Shown here in pieces: positions 8,428-18,017 of a stretch of DNA of 64,000 nt. Position numbers and translations under genes: made by a program. The notes under the pieces are model-generated. The model had not been told where the DNA came from and made no database searches. It saw only the letters and a program-made list of their open reading frames with translations. Numbering within the stretch: position 1 is the stretch's first letter; the number at the start of each line of letters is the position of its first letter. Source of the DNA: Cytophagales bacterium (lineage in GTDB: Bacteria; Bacteroidota; Bacteroidia; Cytophagales; JAPOQI01); NCBI GenBank assembly GCA_026710765.1, contig JAPOQI010000147.1:11182-75181 (forward strand), given 5' to 3'.

Positions 8428-10713
8428 TTAGGCTTGTTGATTTTGTTGTTTTCGGAGCCTTTTGACTTCTTTTTTCAGGGCTGTATAGTCTTTTTGCCAA
8501 GCTATACATCTCTCCTCTAGTTGATCTTCTCGGGCCTTAAAAATGTGGGCTATTCGTTTTTGTCGGTGAGCGGTTTCGCTGAGATAATTCTGGGCGATGA
8601 GAGAACCGTAGGCGGTGATTCGTTGAATACCCGCCGCAATGGATTCGGTTTTTTTAATGAAAAAAGGACCTATCTGACCCGTAGAGGAGACATGGGTTCC
8701 GCCGCAAAGCTCTTCTGAGAAATTACCCCCTATGGAAACTACACGAACCTCTTCTCCATATTTTTCGGCAAAGAATGCCAAAGCACCCCTTTTGTGGGCT
8801 TCTTCTATGCCCATGTAGTTTATATTGATGGGAAGGTCTTCCTGTATTTTTTGCTGGACCCGTTTTTCTATTTCTACAATCTGTTCTTCCGAGAGGCGAT
8901 GGGGATGGGAGAAATCAAACCGTAGGGCTTTTTCATGGACCTGGGATCCCTTTTGACTCACATGGGAACCTAAGAGATCTCTGAGAATAGCTTGTAGAAG
9001 ATGGGTTGCTGTGTGATGTGCCTGTATGATTTTTCTTCGTTTCTCATTGACAAGAGCCTGAAAGCTTTGTGTTAAATCTTTGGGGAGCTTGGAGAGGGTA
9101 TGTATGATGAGATCATTTTCTCGTTGTGTATCCAGAACCTCTATATTTTCGCTTTTGTCATCGGTTTGCAGAATTCCTTGATCTCCGACTTGTCCTCCAC
9201 CTTGGGGATAAAATGGGGTCTTATCCAGAATCACTTGAAAAAGAATTTTCCGGTCATCTTCAGATTTCTTGTATGGAAAAATTTCCCTATATTTTAGAAT
9301 ACGTGCTGAGCTGCTTAGTTTTTCGTAGCCTACGAAATCGCTATCTCCGTCTTTGACGGGGGTCCATTTTCCTGAGGTTTTAGCTCTGGCTTGGCGGGAT
9401 CTATTTTTTTGTTCTTGGAGGTATTTTTGGAAGCCTTGGGTATCCACTGAGAATCCTTTTTCTTTGGCTACCACCTCTACGAGGTCTAGGGGAAATCCAT
9501 AGGTATCGTATAGTTCAAAGCTTTCGGCACCGCTTAGGGTCCAGGGGGCTGTCTTCCCTTCAAACAGCTTCTCACATCTTTTCAATCCCTTGGAGAGGGT
9601 ATGGAGAAAGGTGCTTTCTTCTTCTTTCAGGAGAGTCTGAATGGATGAACGTTCTGGGTTTATTTCAGGAAAGGCATTCGCATAGCTTTTGGAAAAGGGC
9701 GAAACTAGGGTATGCAAAAAGGGTTCTTGGATATTTAGAAAGGAGTACGCATAACGTACTGCCCGCCGCAAAAGACGGCGGAGTACATATCCTGTTCCCA
9801 CATTAGAAGGACGTCCTCCCTCTGCCAAAGCAAATATTAAGGCCCGTGCATGATCGCAAAGAACCCTGAACGCAATGGATTGTTCCTTTGTGGCTTCATG
9901 ATAAGTATAGCCTACCTTGGATTCTAGAAGACGAAAGGGTTCTTGGAAAATATCCGTTTCATAAGTGGAGGGGCATCCTTGGATGACCATTCCCAGCCGA
10001 TCCATACCCATCCCTGTATCTACAAAACGTTGTGCTAGGGGATGAAATTTGTTTTCCGATTGTTTGTCAAATTGAATGAAGACCAAATTCCATAACTCTA
10101 TAACTTGGGGATGATCTTGATTGATCCAATGGACTGCGGATTTTTTTTTGCGTTCCGAAGAACTACGCAGGTCTATATGTATTTCGGTAGAGGGTCCGCA
10201 GGGGCCTAGTTCGCCCATTTCCCAAAAATTATCTTTTTTCTTTCCTGGCAGAATATGTTCTTTGGGTAGCCATTCTTCCCATATTTTTTGGGTTTCTGCA
10301 TCTGGCAAGAGTTTATCATGCCCTTCAAAATAGGTGGCATAAAGTCTATCGGGATCTATGTCCAGGGTTTTACTTAGAAATGACCATGCCCATGAGATTG
10401 CTTCCTGGGGCCCGAAGTCTCCAAAAGACCAATTGCCCAGCATTTCAAACATGGTGTGATGATAACCATCATGACCTACCTCTTCCAGATCATTATGTTT
10501 ACCGGAGACCCGAAGGCATTTTTGGGTGTTGACGACCCTGGGTGCGGGTGCTGGAGATTCTCCTAAAAAGCAACCTTTAAAGGGATTCATGCCCGCATTG
10601 GTGAACATGAGAGAAGGATCATCCTGTCGAATCAGGGGGGCAGAAGGAAGAACCTTATGTCCTCGTTTTTGAAAAAAATCCAGGAATAGAGAACGTATCC
10701 GATCCGTATTCAT
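8428..10713 (-). CDS. alaS: Alanine--tRNA ligase, short form of 761 aa with no C-Ala domain
   Basis: N-terminus MNTDRIRSLFLDFFQKRGHKVLPSAPL...MFTNAGMNPFK and editing-domain motifs HTATHLL and CGGTHV. The protein ends in a coiled-coil segment. Confidence 0.93.
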   Translation of the reverse strand: MNTDRIRSLFLDFFQKRGHKVLPSAPLIRQDDPSLMFTNAGMNPFKGCFLGESPAPAPRVVNTQKCLRVSGKHNDLEEVGHDGYHHTMFEMLGNWSFGDFGPQEAISWAWSFLSKTLDIDPDRLYATYFEGHDKLLPDAETQKIWEEWLPKEHILPGKKKDNFWEMGELGPCGPSTEIHIDLRSSSERKKKSAVHWINQDHPQVIELWNLVFIQFDKQSENKFHPLAQRFVDTGMGMDRLGMVIQGCPSTYETDIFQEPFRLLESKVGYTYHEATKEQSIAFRVLCDHARALIFALAEGGRPSNVGTGYVLRRLLRRAVRYAYSFLNIQEPFLHTLVSPFSKSYANAFPEINPERSSIQTLLKEEESTFLHTLSKGLKRCEKLFEGKTAPWTLSGAESFELYDTYGFPLDLVEVVAKEKGFSVDTQGFQKYLQEQKNRSRQARAKTSGKWTPVKDGDSDFVGYEKLSSSARILKYREIFPYKKSEDDRKILFQVILDKTPFYPQGGGQVGDQGILQTDDKSENIEVLDTQRENDLIIHTLSKLPKDLTQSFQALVNEKRRKIIQAHHTATHLLQAILRDLLGSHVSQKGSQVHEKALRFDFSHPHRLSEEQIVEIEKRVQQKIQEDLPININYMGIEEAHKRGALAFFAEKYGEEVRVVSIGGNFSEELCGGTHVSSTGQIGPFFIKKTESIAAGIQRITAYGSLIAQNYLSETAHRQKRIAHIFKAREDQLEERCIAWQKDYTALKKEVKRLRKQQNQQA

Positions 10714-10752
10714 CTTTGTATCAGAACCCAGGGAAACTAAGCCCTACTTCCA

Positions 10753-11625
10753 TTATTCCTCTGGATCTCCATCCTCCGGATCCTCATCCTCCGGATCCTC
10801 ATCCTCTGGATCTCCATCCTCCGGATCCTCATCCTCCGGATCCTCATCCTCCGGATCCTCATCCTCCGGATCCCCGTCCTCCGGATCCTCATCCTCCGGA
10901 TCCCCGTCCTCTGGATCCTCATCCTCTGGAACCCGGTCTAGATTTGAACTAGTTCTGAGTTTTATTTTGATCTGATCAAAAGGGAGAACATGAACGGCAT
11001 CCTCTAGTTCTTTTGTTTCAAAATCTCCTTTCCGTTCAGCCAAAAGGAGGCTATCAACACTACCTGTTTGAAGTTGTTTGGCAATGCGGGAAAAAGTTTT
11101 GTAGATGCCTGTATTTAAGCAAGAATCTTTGGGACACAGGATAATCCAATCATAGAGGACACTATCTGTTTTTCCTACCCGTTCTGCAGGTTCACCAAAC
11201 TGATCTTTGGGGAAGATCAATTTATGATTTAGAAACCATGTCTCTGAAAAATCTTCCAAACGCGGCTCCCCCCTGAGGGATGATGGTTCACAGTCATGTG
11301 CGGCTAGTACCCCCACCTGTATTTGTTTTTTCTCCGTGTCTATTCCTAGAAGTCTGACTCTAGAAAAGTTTATATCATGGGGTCCTCCTGATTCTACAAA
11401 ACCCTCAAACTTAACAGGGCCAAAATTAATGGGTCTACCCTGCTCGTCTTGTGCGAGGAGAACCTCCTCTGTGAGACTTATAGGGGCTACGGGTACGTAC
11501 TTATAGCACGTGTCATAACTCGTGATGTCCCGAGAATCTACAAACTCCTCGGGCCCAGGACAGCCTGCCAAAAACACTAGGGCCGTCAAGCCGGAACACA
11601 GAACAAATATTTCCTTCAGTTTCAT
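10753..11625 (-). CDS. Lipoprotein of unknown function with a C-terminal (PEDED/PEDGD)n acidic repeat
   Basis: Signal peptide and lipobox LAGC. I recognise no family for the ~230-aa N-terminal domain. The C-terminal ~55 aa are encoded by the 15-bp tandem repeat. Confidence 0.6.
   Translation of the reverse strand: MKLKEIFVLCSGLTALVFLAGCPGPEEFVDSRDITSYDTCYKYVPVAPISLTEEVLLAQDEQGRPINFGPVKFEGFVESGGPHDINFSRVRLLGIDTEKKQIQVGVLAAHDCEPSSLRGEPRLEDFSETWFLNHKLIFPKDQFGEPAERVGKTDSVLYDWIILCPKDSCLNTGIYKTFSRIAKQLQTGSVDSLLLAERKGDFETKELEDAVHVLPFDQIKIKLRTSSNLDRVPEDEDPEDGDPEDEDPEDGDPEDEDPEDEDPEDEDPEDGDPEDEDPEDEDPEDGDPEE
10763..10927 (-). repeat. Tandem repeat of 11 x 15 bp (ggatcctcatcctcc and variants), in frame within the lipoprotein gene
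   Basis: I counted the units directly. They run 10763-10777, 10778-10792 ... 10913-10927. Variants include ggatctccatcctcc and ggatccccgtcctcc. Confidence 0.95.
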
Positions 11626-11829
11626 CTAATCCGATACTGCGTACAGAAGCACTTGGATAAGTTCCAAGTCCAAAACTATCCGAATTTTAGGAAAAAAAGA
11701 ATGAAAAACCTATGCAGATCAAGGAAAATTTTCGCAAGTGGGATATAAGTCTGGGATGCCTAGCGGGTATGGAGAAAAGATTGTGGATCTTCTGCACGGA
11801 TATATCTTTATTTTCTCTTTGTTTAGGAT

Positions 11830-14142
11830 ATGGAATCTACAGATTCTCTTCTCTCTGATCTTAATGATGCCCAACGTAAAGCCGTTCTGCATGGGAAGGG
11901 TCCTGCCTTGTTGTTGGCGGGGCCAGGTTCGGGGAAGACAAGAACGCTTGTTTGTAGAATAGTTTATTTGTTGTGCCAGGGGGTATCACCTGCCAACATA
12001 TTGACGCTTACATTCACAAACAAGGCCTCTCGGGAGATGCGTGACCGAGTTAAGAATCTCTTGAAGAACGGATCCCATAGTCGAGATCTCTGGATGGGAA
12101 CCTTTCATGCCATTTTTGCACGGCTACTGAGGATAGAATCAGATGCCCTGGCATACACATCTAAATTTAGCATTTATGATACAGAGGATACTAAGAGACT
12201 GATTAGGTCTATTCTTAAGGAGAAATCCTTGGAATCAGATGTTAAGCCATCTACGATCATGGATCGCATCTCAAGGGCAAAGAATCAACTTATTTCGTGG
12301 GAGGCCTATGCCCTTAATCCCCAATATTTACGTCAAGATCAGCGATCAGGTATTTCTTGTGTAGCTGATATTTATCAGACCTATGTAAAAAGATGTTTAG
12401 AGGCAAATGCCATGGATTTTGATGATCTACTTTATAATACCTATCATCTCCTGAATAAGAACCCAGATATTTTAGAGGAATATCAGCAGCGATTTCAACA
12501 TATCTTGGTGGATGAATATCAGGATACCAATTCCTTACAATATGCCATTTTGAAAAAACTCTTGGTGGCGCCTAAGAATTTTTATGTTGTGGGGGATGAT
12601 GCCCAGAGTATTTATGGTTTCAGGGGGGCTGAGGTGGGGCACATGCTTGATTTTCGCAAAGATTATCCTGAGGCATCAGTTTATCCCTTGGAACAAAATT
12701 ATCGTTCTACTCCACAGATTGTGAAGGCTTCCAATTTTCTTATTAAGAATAACAAACAACTTTCTAAAGAACTGTGGACGGAGAATCCAGAAGGTCATAG
12801 ACTTTGTCTAAAAACCTGTGATAGTGATATAAAAGAGGCAGAGTGGATTGCCAGCATGTTGCTTCAGGAAAAAATTCAAGGGCACTATGCCAGCAAGGAA
12901 ATGGCTGTCTTATATCGTATTAATGCACAATCTCGGCTTATAGAAAAGGCGTTGCGGAAACGGGATTTGAATTATCGCATCTACGGTGGACTTTCCTTTT
13001 ATCAACGTAAAGAGATCAAAGATTTGTTGTCTTATTTGCTCTTGATAGTTAATCCGAAAAATGAAATAGCTCTTCGGCGGGTGATCAACTATCCCAAACG
13101 GGGAATTGGGGAAGGCTCTGTCCAAAAATTGATCGCGTTATCTCATGAAAGGCAAATCTCCTTGTGGGAGGCATTGAACCTTGCGAATCAGGTACTCCCT
13201 GAGAGAATTCTCCCTCCCGTACGGGATTTTATTGCTATGATAGGGGCTTTTCAAAAGCTGAATACAAAAGAAGATGCCTATGATATAACCTACAGGGTGG
13301 CTAAGGAGACGGGAATCTTGGAAGAACTGCATCAGGATAAAACGACAGAGGGAATCGGCAGATATGAAAATCTGAAAGAGCTCATAGGCTCCGTGAAAAC
13401 TTTCGTAGATGATCCCGAACAGGAGGAAGATAGGAGCCTGGGCGTTTTCCTTGAAGAGATCTCTCTCATGACCGACCTAGATAGGGAGAAAGAAAATAAA
13501 GATGCGATTACCCTCATGACGGTACATATGGCTAAAGGTTCAGAATACAAGGTGGTTTTTATTGCGGGCATGGAAGAAGAACTCTTTCCTTTTCTTAGCC
13601 ATTTTTCCAAGGACTCGCCTCAGCGGATAGAAGAGGAAAGACGTCTTTTTTATGTAGCCATGACTAGGGCTAAGGAAAAATTATTTCTCTCCCATGCCTT
13701 AGTACGTCGGAATTTTAAACAAATCAAAGAAACAGATCCTAGTCGTTTTCTTTCAGAAATAGACTCCTATCTAGAGGCTTCAAATACCTCCTTCCAACAC
13801 TCAGGTAATGCCTTCCAACCTAAGAATTCCTTTAATCCCCTTTCTAGCATTATTGCTACGCAGCGATATGTCAAGGAATCTCGTATGACTCCCTCATCGG
13901 CTGATATTAGATTTAGCCGTCCTTCTTCTCTGACTGAGATAAGGGTGGGTGTGCAGGTACGGCATTCTCTTTTTGGAAGAGGGCTCGTGAAAAAATTGGA
14001 AGGAGATAGAGGGTCCGAGGATAAAAGGGCTTACAAGGCATGGGTGGATTTCGACAAATACGGAGAAAAAAAACTTCTCCTTAGTTATGCCAGGTTGGAG
14101 GTCATTTCTGATCAGAATGCAAAGACTTCCCGAGAAGTATAA
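11830..14142 (+). CDS. UvrD/PcrA/Rep-family ATP-dependent DNA helicase (SF1)
   Basis: 770 aa with Walker A AGPGSGKT, TFTNKA, DEYQDTN, VGDDAQSIYGFRGA, QNYRS and a C-terminal VHMAKGSEY...YVAMTRA. Confidence 0.9.
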   Translation: MESTDSLLSDLNDAQRKAVLHGKGPALLLAGPGSGKTRTLVCRIVYLLCQGVSPANILTLTFTNKASREMRDRVKNLLKNGSHSRDLWMGTFHAIFARLLRIESDALAYTSKFSIYDTEDTKRLIRSILKEKSLESDVKPSTIMDRISRAKNQLISWEAYALNPQYLRQDQRSGISCVADIYQTYVKRCLEANAMDFDDLLYNTYHLLNKNPDILEEYQQRFQHILVDEYQDTNSLQYAILKKLLVAPKNFYVVGDDAQSIYGFRGAEVGHMLDFRKDYPEASVYPLEQNYRSTPQIVKASNFLIKNNKQLSKELWTENPEGHRLCLKTCDSDIKEAEWIASMLLQEKIQGHYASKEMAVLYRINAQSRLIEKALRKRDLNYRIYGGLSFYQRKEIKDLLSYLLLIVNPKNEIALRRVINYPKRGIGEGSVQKLIALSHERQISLWEALNLANQVLPERILPPVRDFIAMIGAFQKLNTKEDAYDITYRVAKETGILEELHQDKTTEGIGRYENLKELIGSVKTFVDDPEQEEDRSLGVFLEEISLMTDLDREKENKDAITLMTVHMAKGSEYKVVFIAGMEEELFPFLSHFSKDSPQRIEEERRLFYVAMTRAKEKLFLSHALVRRNFKQIKETDPSRFLSEIDSYLEASNTSFQHSGNAFQPKNSFNPLSSIIATQRYVKESRMTPSSADIRFSRPSSLTEIRVGVQVRHSLFGRGLVKKLEGDRGSEDKRAYKAWVDFDKYGEKKLLLSYARLEVISDQNAKTSREV

Positions 14143-14166
14143 AAATGCTGGGTTCTTTGTGTAGGC

Positions 14167-16506
14167 TTATTTTTTCTGCTTCTTGGAAGCCTTGCCTTTA
14201 TCCCTAGGGGCTTTTCTTTTTTTATTCTTTTTCTTTTGACCTTTTGAGTTCTGGATCTCAGGAGATATAGGACTATCTGGGGAAGGAAGAATTTCTTTGG
14301 GTTCCCGATAGTAGATATTGTTCTCCGTATTTGTATCGGCTGTTAATTGTTCGGGATCTAGGCGTAGCTGCTTTGCCTTCTTGTCCTTGGCAAAAACCTT
14401 GACCGCAGATATTTCGTTTTCTCTCCAGATCTCCACGGGTATAATTTCCGTCTCTTGGGACCCATCTACATAATCCCAGACCAAGATGATTGGACTCAGC
14501 AGACCCCCTATGTTTTGAAAGCGAACCTCATAAAAATGTTTGTCTTTGAGCTTTTCCTTAATCTCAGCAGTATTAATTCTGTCGAGAAATTCCCCATAAC
14601 GTTTTGGATCTGTATCTAAAATATCCAGGCTTCCTGGGGCCTCAAATGGATTGGGAGAAAGTTCCTGAGGCTGTGCCCCGATCCGAGAATATTTTACCTG
14701 CTCAATACTCAGGTCCACGTGATCAATGGAATAAAACCATCCCTTCCAAAACCAATCCAAATCCACAGCTGAAGCATCTTCCAGGGTACGAAAGAAATCA
14801 GCGGGTGTAGGATGTTTAAAGGCCCATCTACGGGCATATTCTTTAAAAGCATAATCAAAGAGATCGGGTCCCATGACCACTTCCCTAAGGATGTTAAGGG
14901 CTGTGGCAGGTTTACCATAAGCGTTATTTCCAAATTGAATAATCTGTTCTGAATTGGTCATGATGGGGCGAATCCTTTTTTTATTCCCCTTCATATAATC
15001 TATAATCTTGGTCGCCGGACCTCGGCGGCTGGGAAGATCAGGATAATGTTCTTTTTCGGTCAAATACTGTGTGAAGGTATTGAGTCCTTCATCCATCCAG
15101 GTCCACTGCCGTTCGTCTGAATTGATAATCATGGGGAAAAAATTGTGTCCTACCTCGTGGATGATGACCGAAATGGTTGCCCACTTAATCTGTTCGTTAT
15201 ATTTTTCAACAAATTCCCCGGGCACCTTATACTGTTCTGCAAACTGTTCTTCTGTTTTGTATCGTCCCCAGTTAAAACAAATCATAGGATATTCCATCCC
15301 GATGCTGGCTGCATGGACCGAAATGGCTACGGGATAAGGATAGTCTATGGTGTGTCGGGAATAGGTACGTAGTGTGTTCGCTACCGCCTTGGTGGACTCT
15401 TTTTCCCATAAGGGATTTCCTTCTTTGGAATAAAAACTCATAGCCAAGGGTGTGCGCTTTTCTAACTTAACTGCCATGGCATCCCATATGAATTTTCGAG
15501 AACTAGCAAAGGCCACATCCCGAACATTTTGGGCTGAGAAATTCCAAGTCTTAGTTTCCTTGGATCGGGTAGCTTCAGCTATTTTGGCTTCCTCTTCCGT
15601 GACGATGAAAACAGGAGATTCGAATGATTGTTGTGCTTGAACAAATCGTTGTCGTTGTTTTGGGGAAAGCACCTGATTGGGGTTTTTAAGACTCCCTGTT
15701 GCTGCAACAATATGATCTGCTGGAACCGTGATAGATAATTCAAAATCTCCAAAAGAGAGGGCAAATTCACCTCGTCCTAAAAATTGCTTATTCTGCCAAC
15801 CTTCATCATTATTATAAACTGCCAAACGGGGATAAAACTGAGCTATGGTATAAACATAGTTATCATCTTTTGGAAAATACTCATAACCAGATCGTCCAAA
15901 GTCTAGCATTCTGTCATTGATATTGTATGTCCATGCCAGTTGAAAAGAAAATTGCTTCCCCGATTCTAGGGGTTCGGGTAAATTCAAACGCAGCATGGTC
16001 TTGTTGATGAAATACGAAAGAGGCTTTCCCTTAGCATCCTTAACCCATTTGATCTTAAACCCCCCTTCAAAACCCGAACTCTTCACAAGAGATTGAAGTG
16101 TTTTGGCATCCACTTGAGCCCCTAGCTTGGATGGCTTTGTAGTATGTGAATCGGCTCCTGGGGCTCGGACATTTTGATCAAGCTGAAGCCACAAATAGCT
16201 TAGTTGATCCGGAGAATTATTGTAGTAGGTAATTTCTTCTTCTCCCGAAATTTGCTGTTTGACATCGTCCAGCACCACCGAAATACGATAATCTGCTCGT
16301 TGTTGCCAGTAGTCCACACCTGGAGCTCCTGCTGCATTTCGGTAGGTGTTGGGGGTGGGAAGTTTGGATCCTAGTTGTTCAAATTTGCCTTCCCATCCCT
16401 TGTTTTCTTTGTTTTTCTCCTGTGCTAGAATCCATCCTGATCCCAACAAGGAGGCAAGAATGAGAAAAAAACCCGTACCTGTAATGATTTTCATGTGTCT
16501 ATACAT
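14167..16506 (-). CDS. M1-family zinc metallopeptidase, secreted, with a Lys-rich tail
   Basis: HEVGH-x18-E zinc site (HEVGHNFFPMIINSDERQWTWMDE). I start the gene at MYRHMKIITGTGFFLILASLLG (signal peptide) rather than the track start at 16800, which overlaps the hupE-like gene. The tail is KGQKKKNKKRKAPRDKGKASKKQKK. Confidence 0.85.
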   Translation of the reverse strand: MYRHMKIITGTGFFLILASLLGSGWILAQEKNKENKGWEGKFEQLGSKLPTPNTYRNAAGAPGVDYWQQRADYRISVVLDDVKQQISGEEEITYYNNSPDQLSYLWLQLDQNVRAPGADSHTTKPSKLGAQVDAKTLQSLVKSSGFEGGFKIKWVKDAKGKPLSYFINKTMLRLNLPEPLESGKQFSFQLAWTYNINDRMLDFGRSGYEYFPKDDNYVYTIAQFYPRLAVYNNDEGWQNKQFLGRGEFALSFGDFELSITVPADHIVAATGSLKNPNQVLSPKQRQRFVQAQQSFESPVFIVTEEEAKIAEATRSKETKTWNFSAQNVRDVAFASSRKFIWDAMAVKLEKRTPLAMSFYSKEGNPLWEKESTKAVANTLRTYSRHTIDYPYPVAISVHAASIGMEYPMICFNWGRYKTEEQFAEQYKVPGEFVEKYNEQIKWATISVIIHEVGHNFFPMIINSDERQWTWMDEGLNTFTQYLTEKEHYPDLPSRRGPATKIIDYMKGNKKRIRPIMTNSEQIIQFGNNAYGKPATALNILREVVMGPDLFDYAFKEYARRWAFKHPTPADFFRTLEDASAVDLDWFWKGWFYSIDHVDLSIEQVKYSRIGAQPQELSPNPFEAPGSLDILDTDPKRYGEFLDRINTAEIKEKLKDKHFYEVRFQNIGGLLSPIILVWDYVDGSQETEIIPVEIWRENEISAVKVFAKDKKAKQLRLDPEQLTADTNTENNIYYREPKEILPSPDSPISPEIQNSKGQKKKNKKRKAPRDKGKASKKQKK

Positions 16507-16571
16507 TGTCTTTTTAATTTTGAAAGATGAAAAAGAAAAAAATTCTATATACATATCCTGCAACCTGATGT

Positions 16572-17204
16572 TTAAAATAGCTCCACGACACGAATGACCA
16601 CAAGATATAAAGAAATCAGAGCAATTCCACCCGCGATCCACGTTCTCCAAGGAAGATAAGTATTTTGAGTACCCCCCCTCCCCTTCTTGCTTAAATATTT
16701 TCCCATCCCACGAATCGTCATCAAAAGGAGTCCCCATAAGAGCAGAATACTCAACTGACCCGCTTCTACGCCCAGGTTGAAGGCAACCAAGGGTAGCCAT
16801 ATCTGAGTTTCTTTTCCCAAAAGGGATTGTAAATAAGAAGAAAAACCCATGCCATGGATCCAGCCAAAAAAGAATATCAAGAGATAATTCCTTATTTCTG
16901 CTCCAAAAGAAGATGGCTCAGGACGGAGACGAAGACTAAATATAGCCGTCAGAAAGATGCTGAGTACAATGAGTACTTCTACCCATTCTCCTCCGAAGGA
17001 AAATCCTTGCCAAGTGGCCAGCAACAATGTTAAACTATGCCCCACCGTGAAAGCACTCAGCCGCCATGCGATATGATGCCAGGGATGCCAACCCAGTGGA
17101 AGGCATAATAGCATGACAAAAAGCATGTGATCATACCCCTTGAGGTCCAAGATGTGTTCCCACCCCATTTCAAACCAAAGCACGAAATTATCTCCTAAAC
17201 CCAT
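16572..17204 (-). CDS. HupE/UreJ-family membrane protein (putative Ni/Co transporter)
   Basis: 210 aa and polytopic. The motif GWEHILDLKGYDHMLFVMLL and the later GHS/H-rich helix are typical of HupE/UreJ_2. Confidence 0.8.
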   Translation of the reverse strand: MGLGDNFVLWFEMGWEHILDLKGYDHMLFVMLLCLPLGWHPWHHIAWRLSAFTVGHSLTLLLATWQGFSFGGEWVEVLIVLSIFLTAIFSLRLRPEPSSFGAEIRNYLLIFFFGWIHGMGFSSYLQSLLGKETQIWLPLVAFNLGVEAGQLSILLLWGLLLMTIRGMGKYLSKKGRGGTQNTYLPWRTWIAGGIALISLYLVVIRVVELF

Positions 17205-17633
17205 CTTTCAGCATGCACTTCTATTTTACTATGATGTTGAGTACAAAATGATATGCCACAGAAATTAGCACCTTAGAACCTATATGACTTAAAAGGTACT
17301 TAGATATGAGTAAAAAGACATCTGCTGAAGAATTTCGGGCAACAAATTGGGATATATGGCTAAATCTTGAATAAAATTCTTGTATCAAGAAAGATATATT
17401 TTATTATATTCGGTGGTCTCCTAAGAAAGAGAAAATGAGGGTGAAGAGAAATGGCAGGGAAGGGATTTGTTTTTTTATCATTTTTGACCCTTCATGGGGA
17501 AGAATTGGGCTTCCCCACCTGCACTTGATACAAATACATAAATCTAAATACTGATGAGGGGTATGCAAAATATGAAAACGGGTGAGTGGTTTGCTATTGC
17601 GATGGGATTGAGCATAGATTATTTTCAGGTCAG

Positions 17634-18017
17634 ATGAGATATCCTAAAGGTTTACTTTATACCCAGACCCATGAATGGGTTCGTTTGGAAGATGAGATTG
17701 CCACCATAGGTATAAGTTCCTTTGCACAGGGAGAACTTGGGGATATTGTTTTTGTGGAGATAGATACGGAAGGGAAAAGTCTTGCCAAGGCTGAGGTGTT
17801 TGGAACGATTGAAGCCGTCAAGACCGTAACGGATATTTACCTTCCGATTTCAGGCAAGGTTTTGGAAGTAAATTCCAAGGTACAGCATCATCCAGAATTG
17901 GTTAATTCTTCCCCCTACGAGGAAGGATGGCTCATTAGACTAAGAATCTCTGATCCCGAGGAGCTAAAATCTTTGCTCTCTGCCCAACAATACCAAGATA
18001 TTCTCAAGAATTCCTGA
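17634..18017 (+). CDS. gcvH: Glycine cleavage system protein H
   Basis: YTQTHEWVR...GISSFAQGELGDIVFVE and the lipoyl-lysine motif EAVKTV. I place the start at the ATG at 17634 (MRYPKGL), not at the track start of 17586. Confidence 0.9.
   Translation: MRYPKGLLYTQTHEWVRLEDEIATIGISSFAQGELGDIVFVEIDTEGKSLAKAEVFGTIEAVKTVTDIYLPISGKVLEVNSKVQHHPELVNSSPYEEGWLIRLRISDPEELKSLLSAQQYQDILKNS

Noticed and set aside
10763-10927. Possible CRISPR array, because of short regular repeats
   Set aside because: The units are contiguous with no spacers, are only 15 bp long, and lie in frame inside a coding sequence. No cas genes are present in the window.
10716-10952. Plus-strand ORF encoding a (PPDPH)n repeat protein
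   Set aside because: It is the antisense reading of the 15-bp acidic repeat. The minus-strand frame continues into a proper lipoprotein with a signal peptide, so the plus-strand ORF is a mirror artefact. The 61-aa ORF at 10737-10922 on the minus strand is an alternate-frame artefact of the same repeat.
16507-16800. N-terminal 98-aa extension of the M1 peptidase ORF
   Set aside because: The extension overlaps the 3' part of the hupE-like gene and precedes a canonical signal peptide that starts at the ATG at 16506. It is most likely non-coding read-through of an open frame.
17205-17300. Cobalamin riboswitch upstream of the hupE-like gene
   Set aside because: I saw only a GCCACAG heptamer resembling the B12 box, and it is on the wrong strand for hupE. 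The other conserved core elements were not seen. A covariance-model scan is needed before any call.
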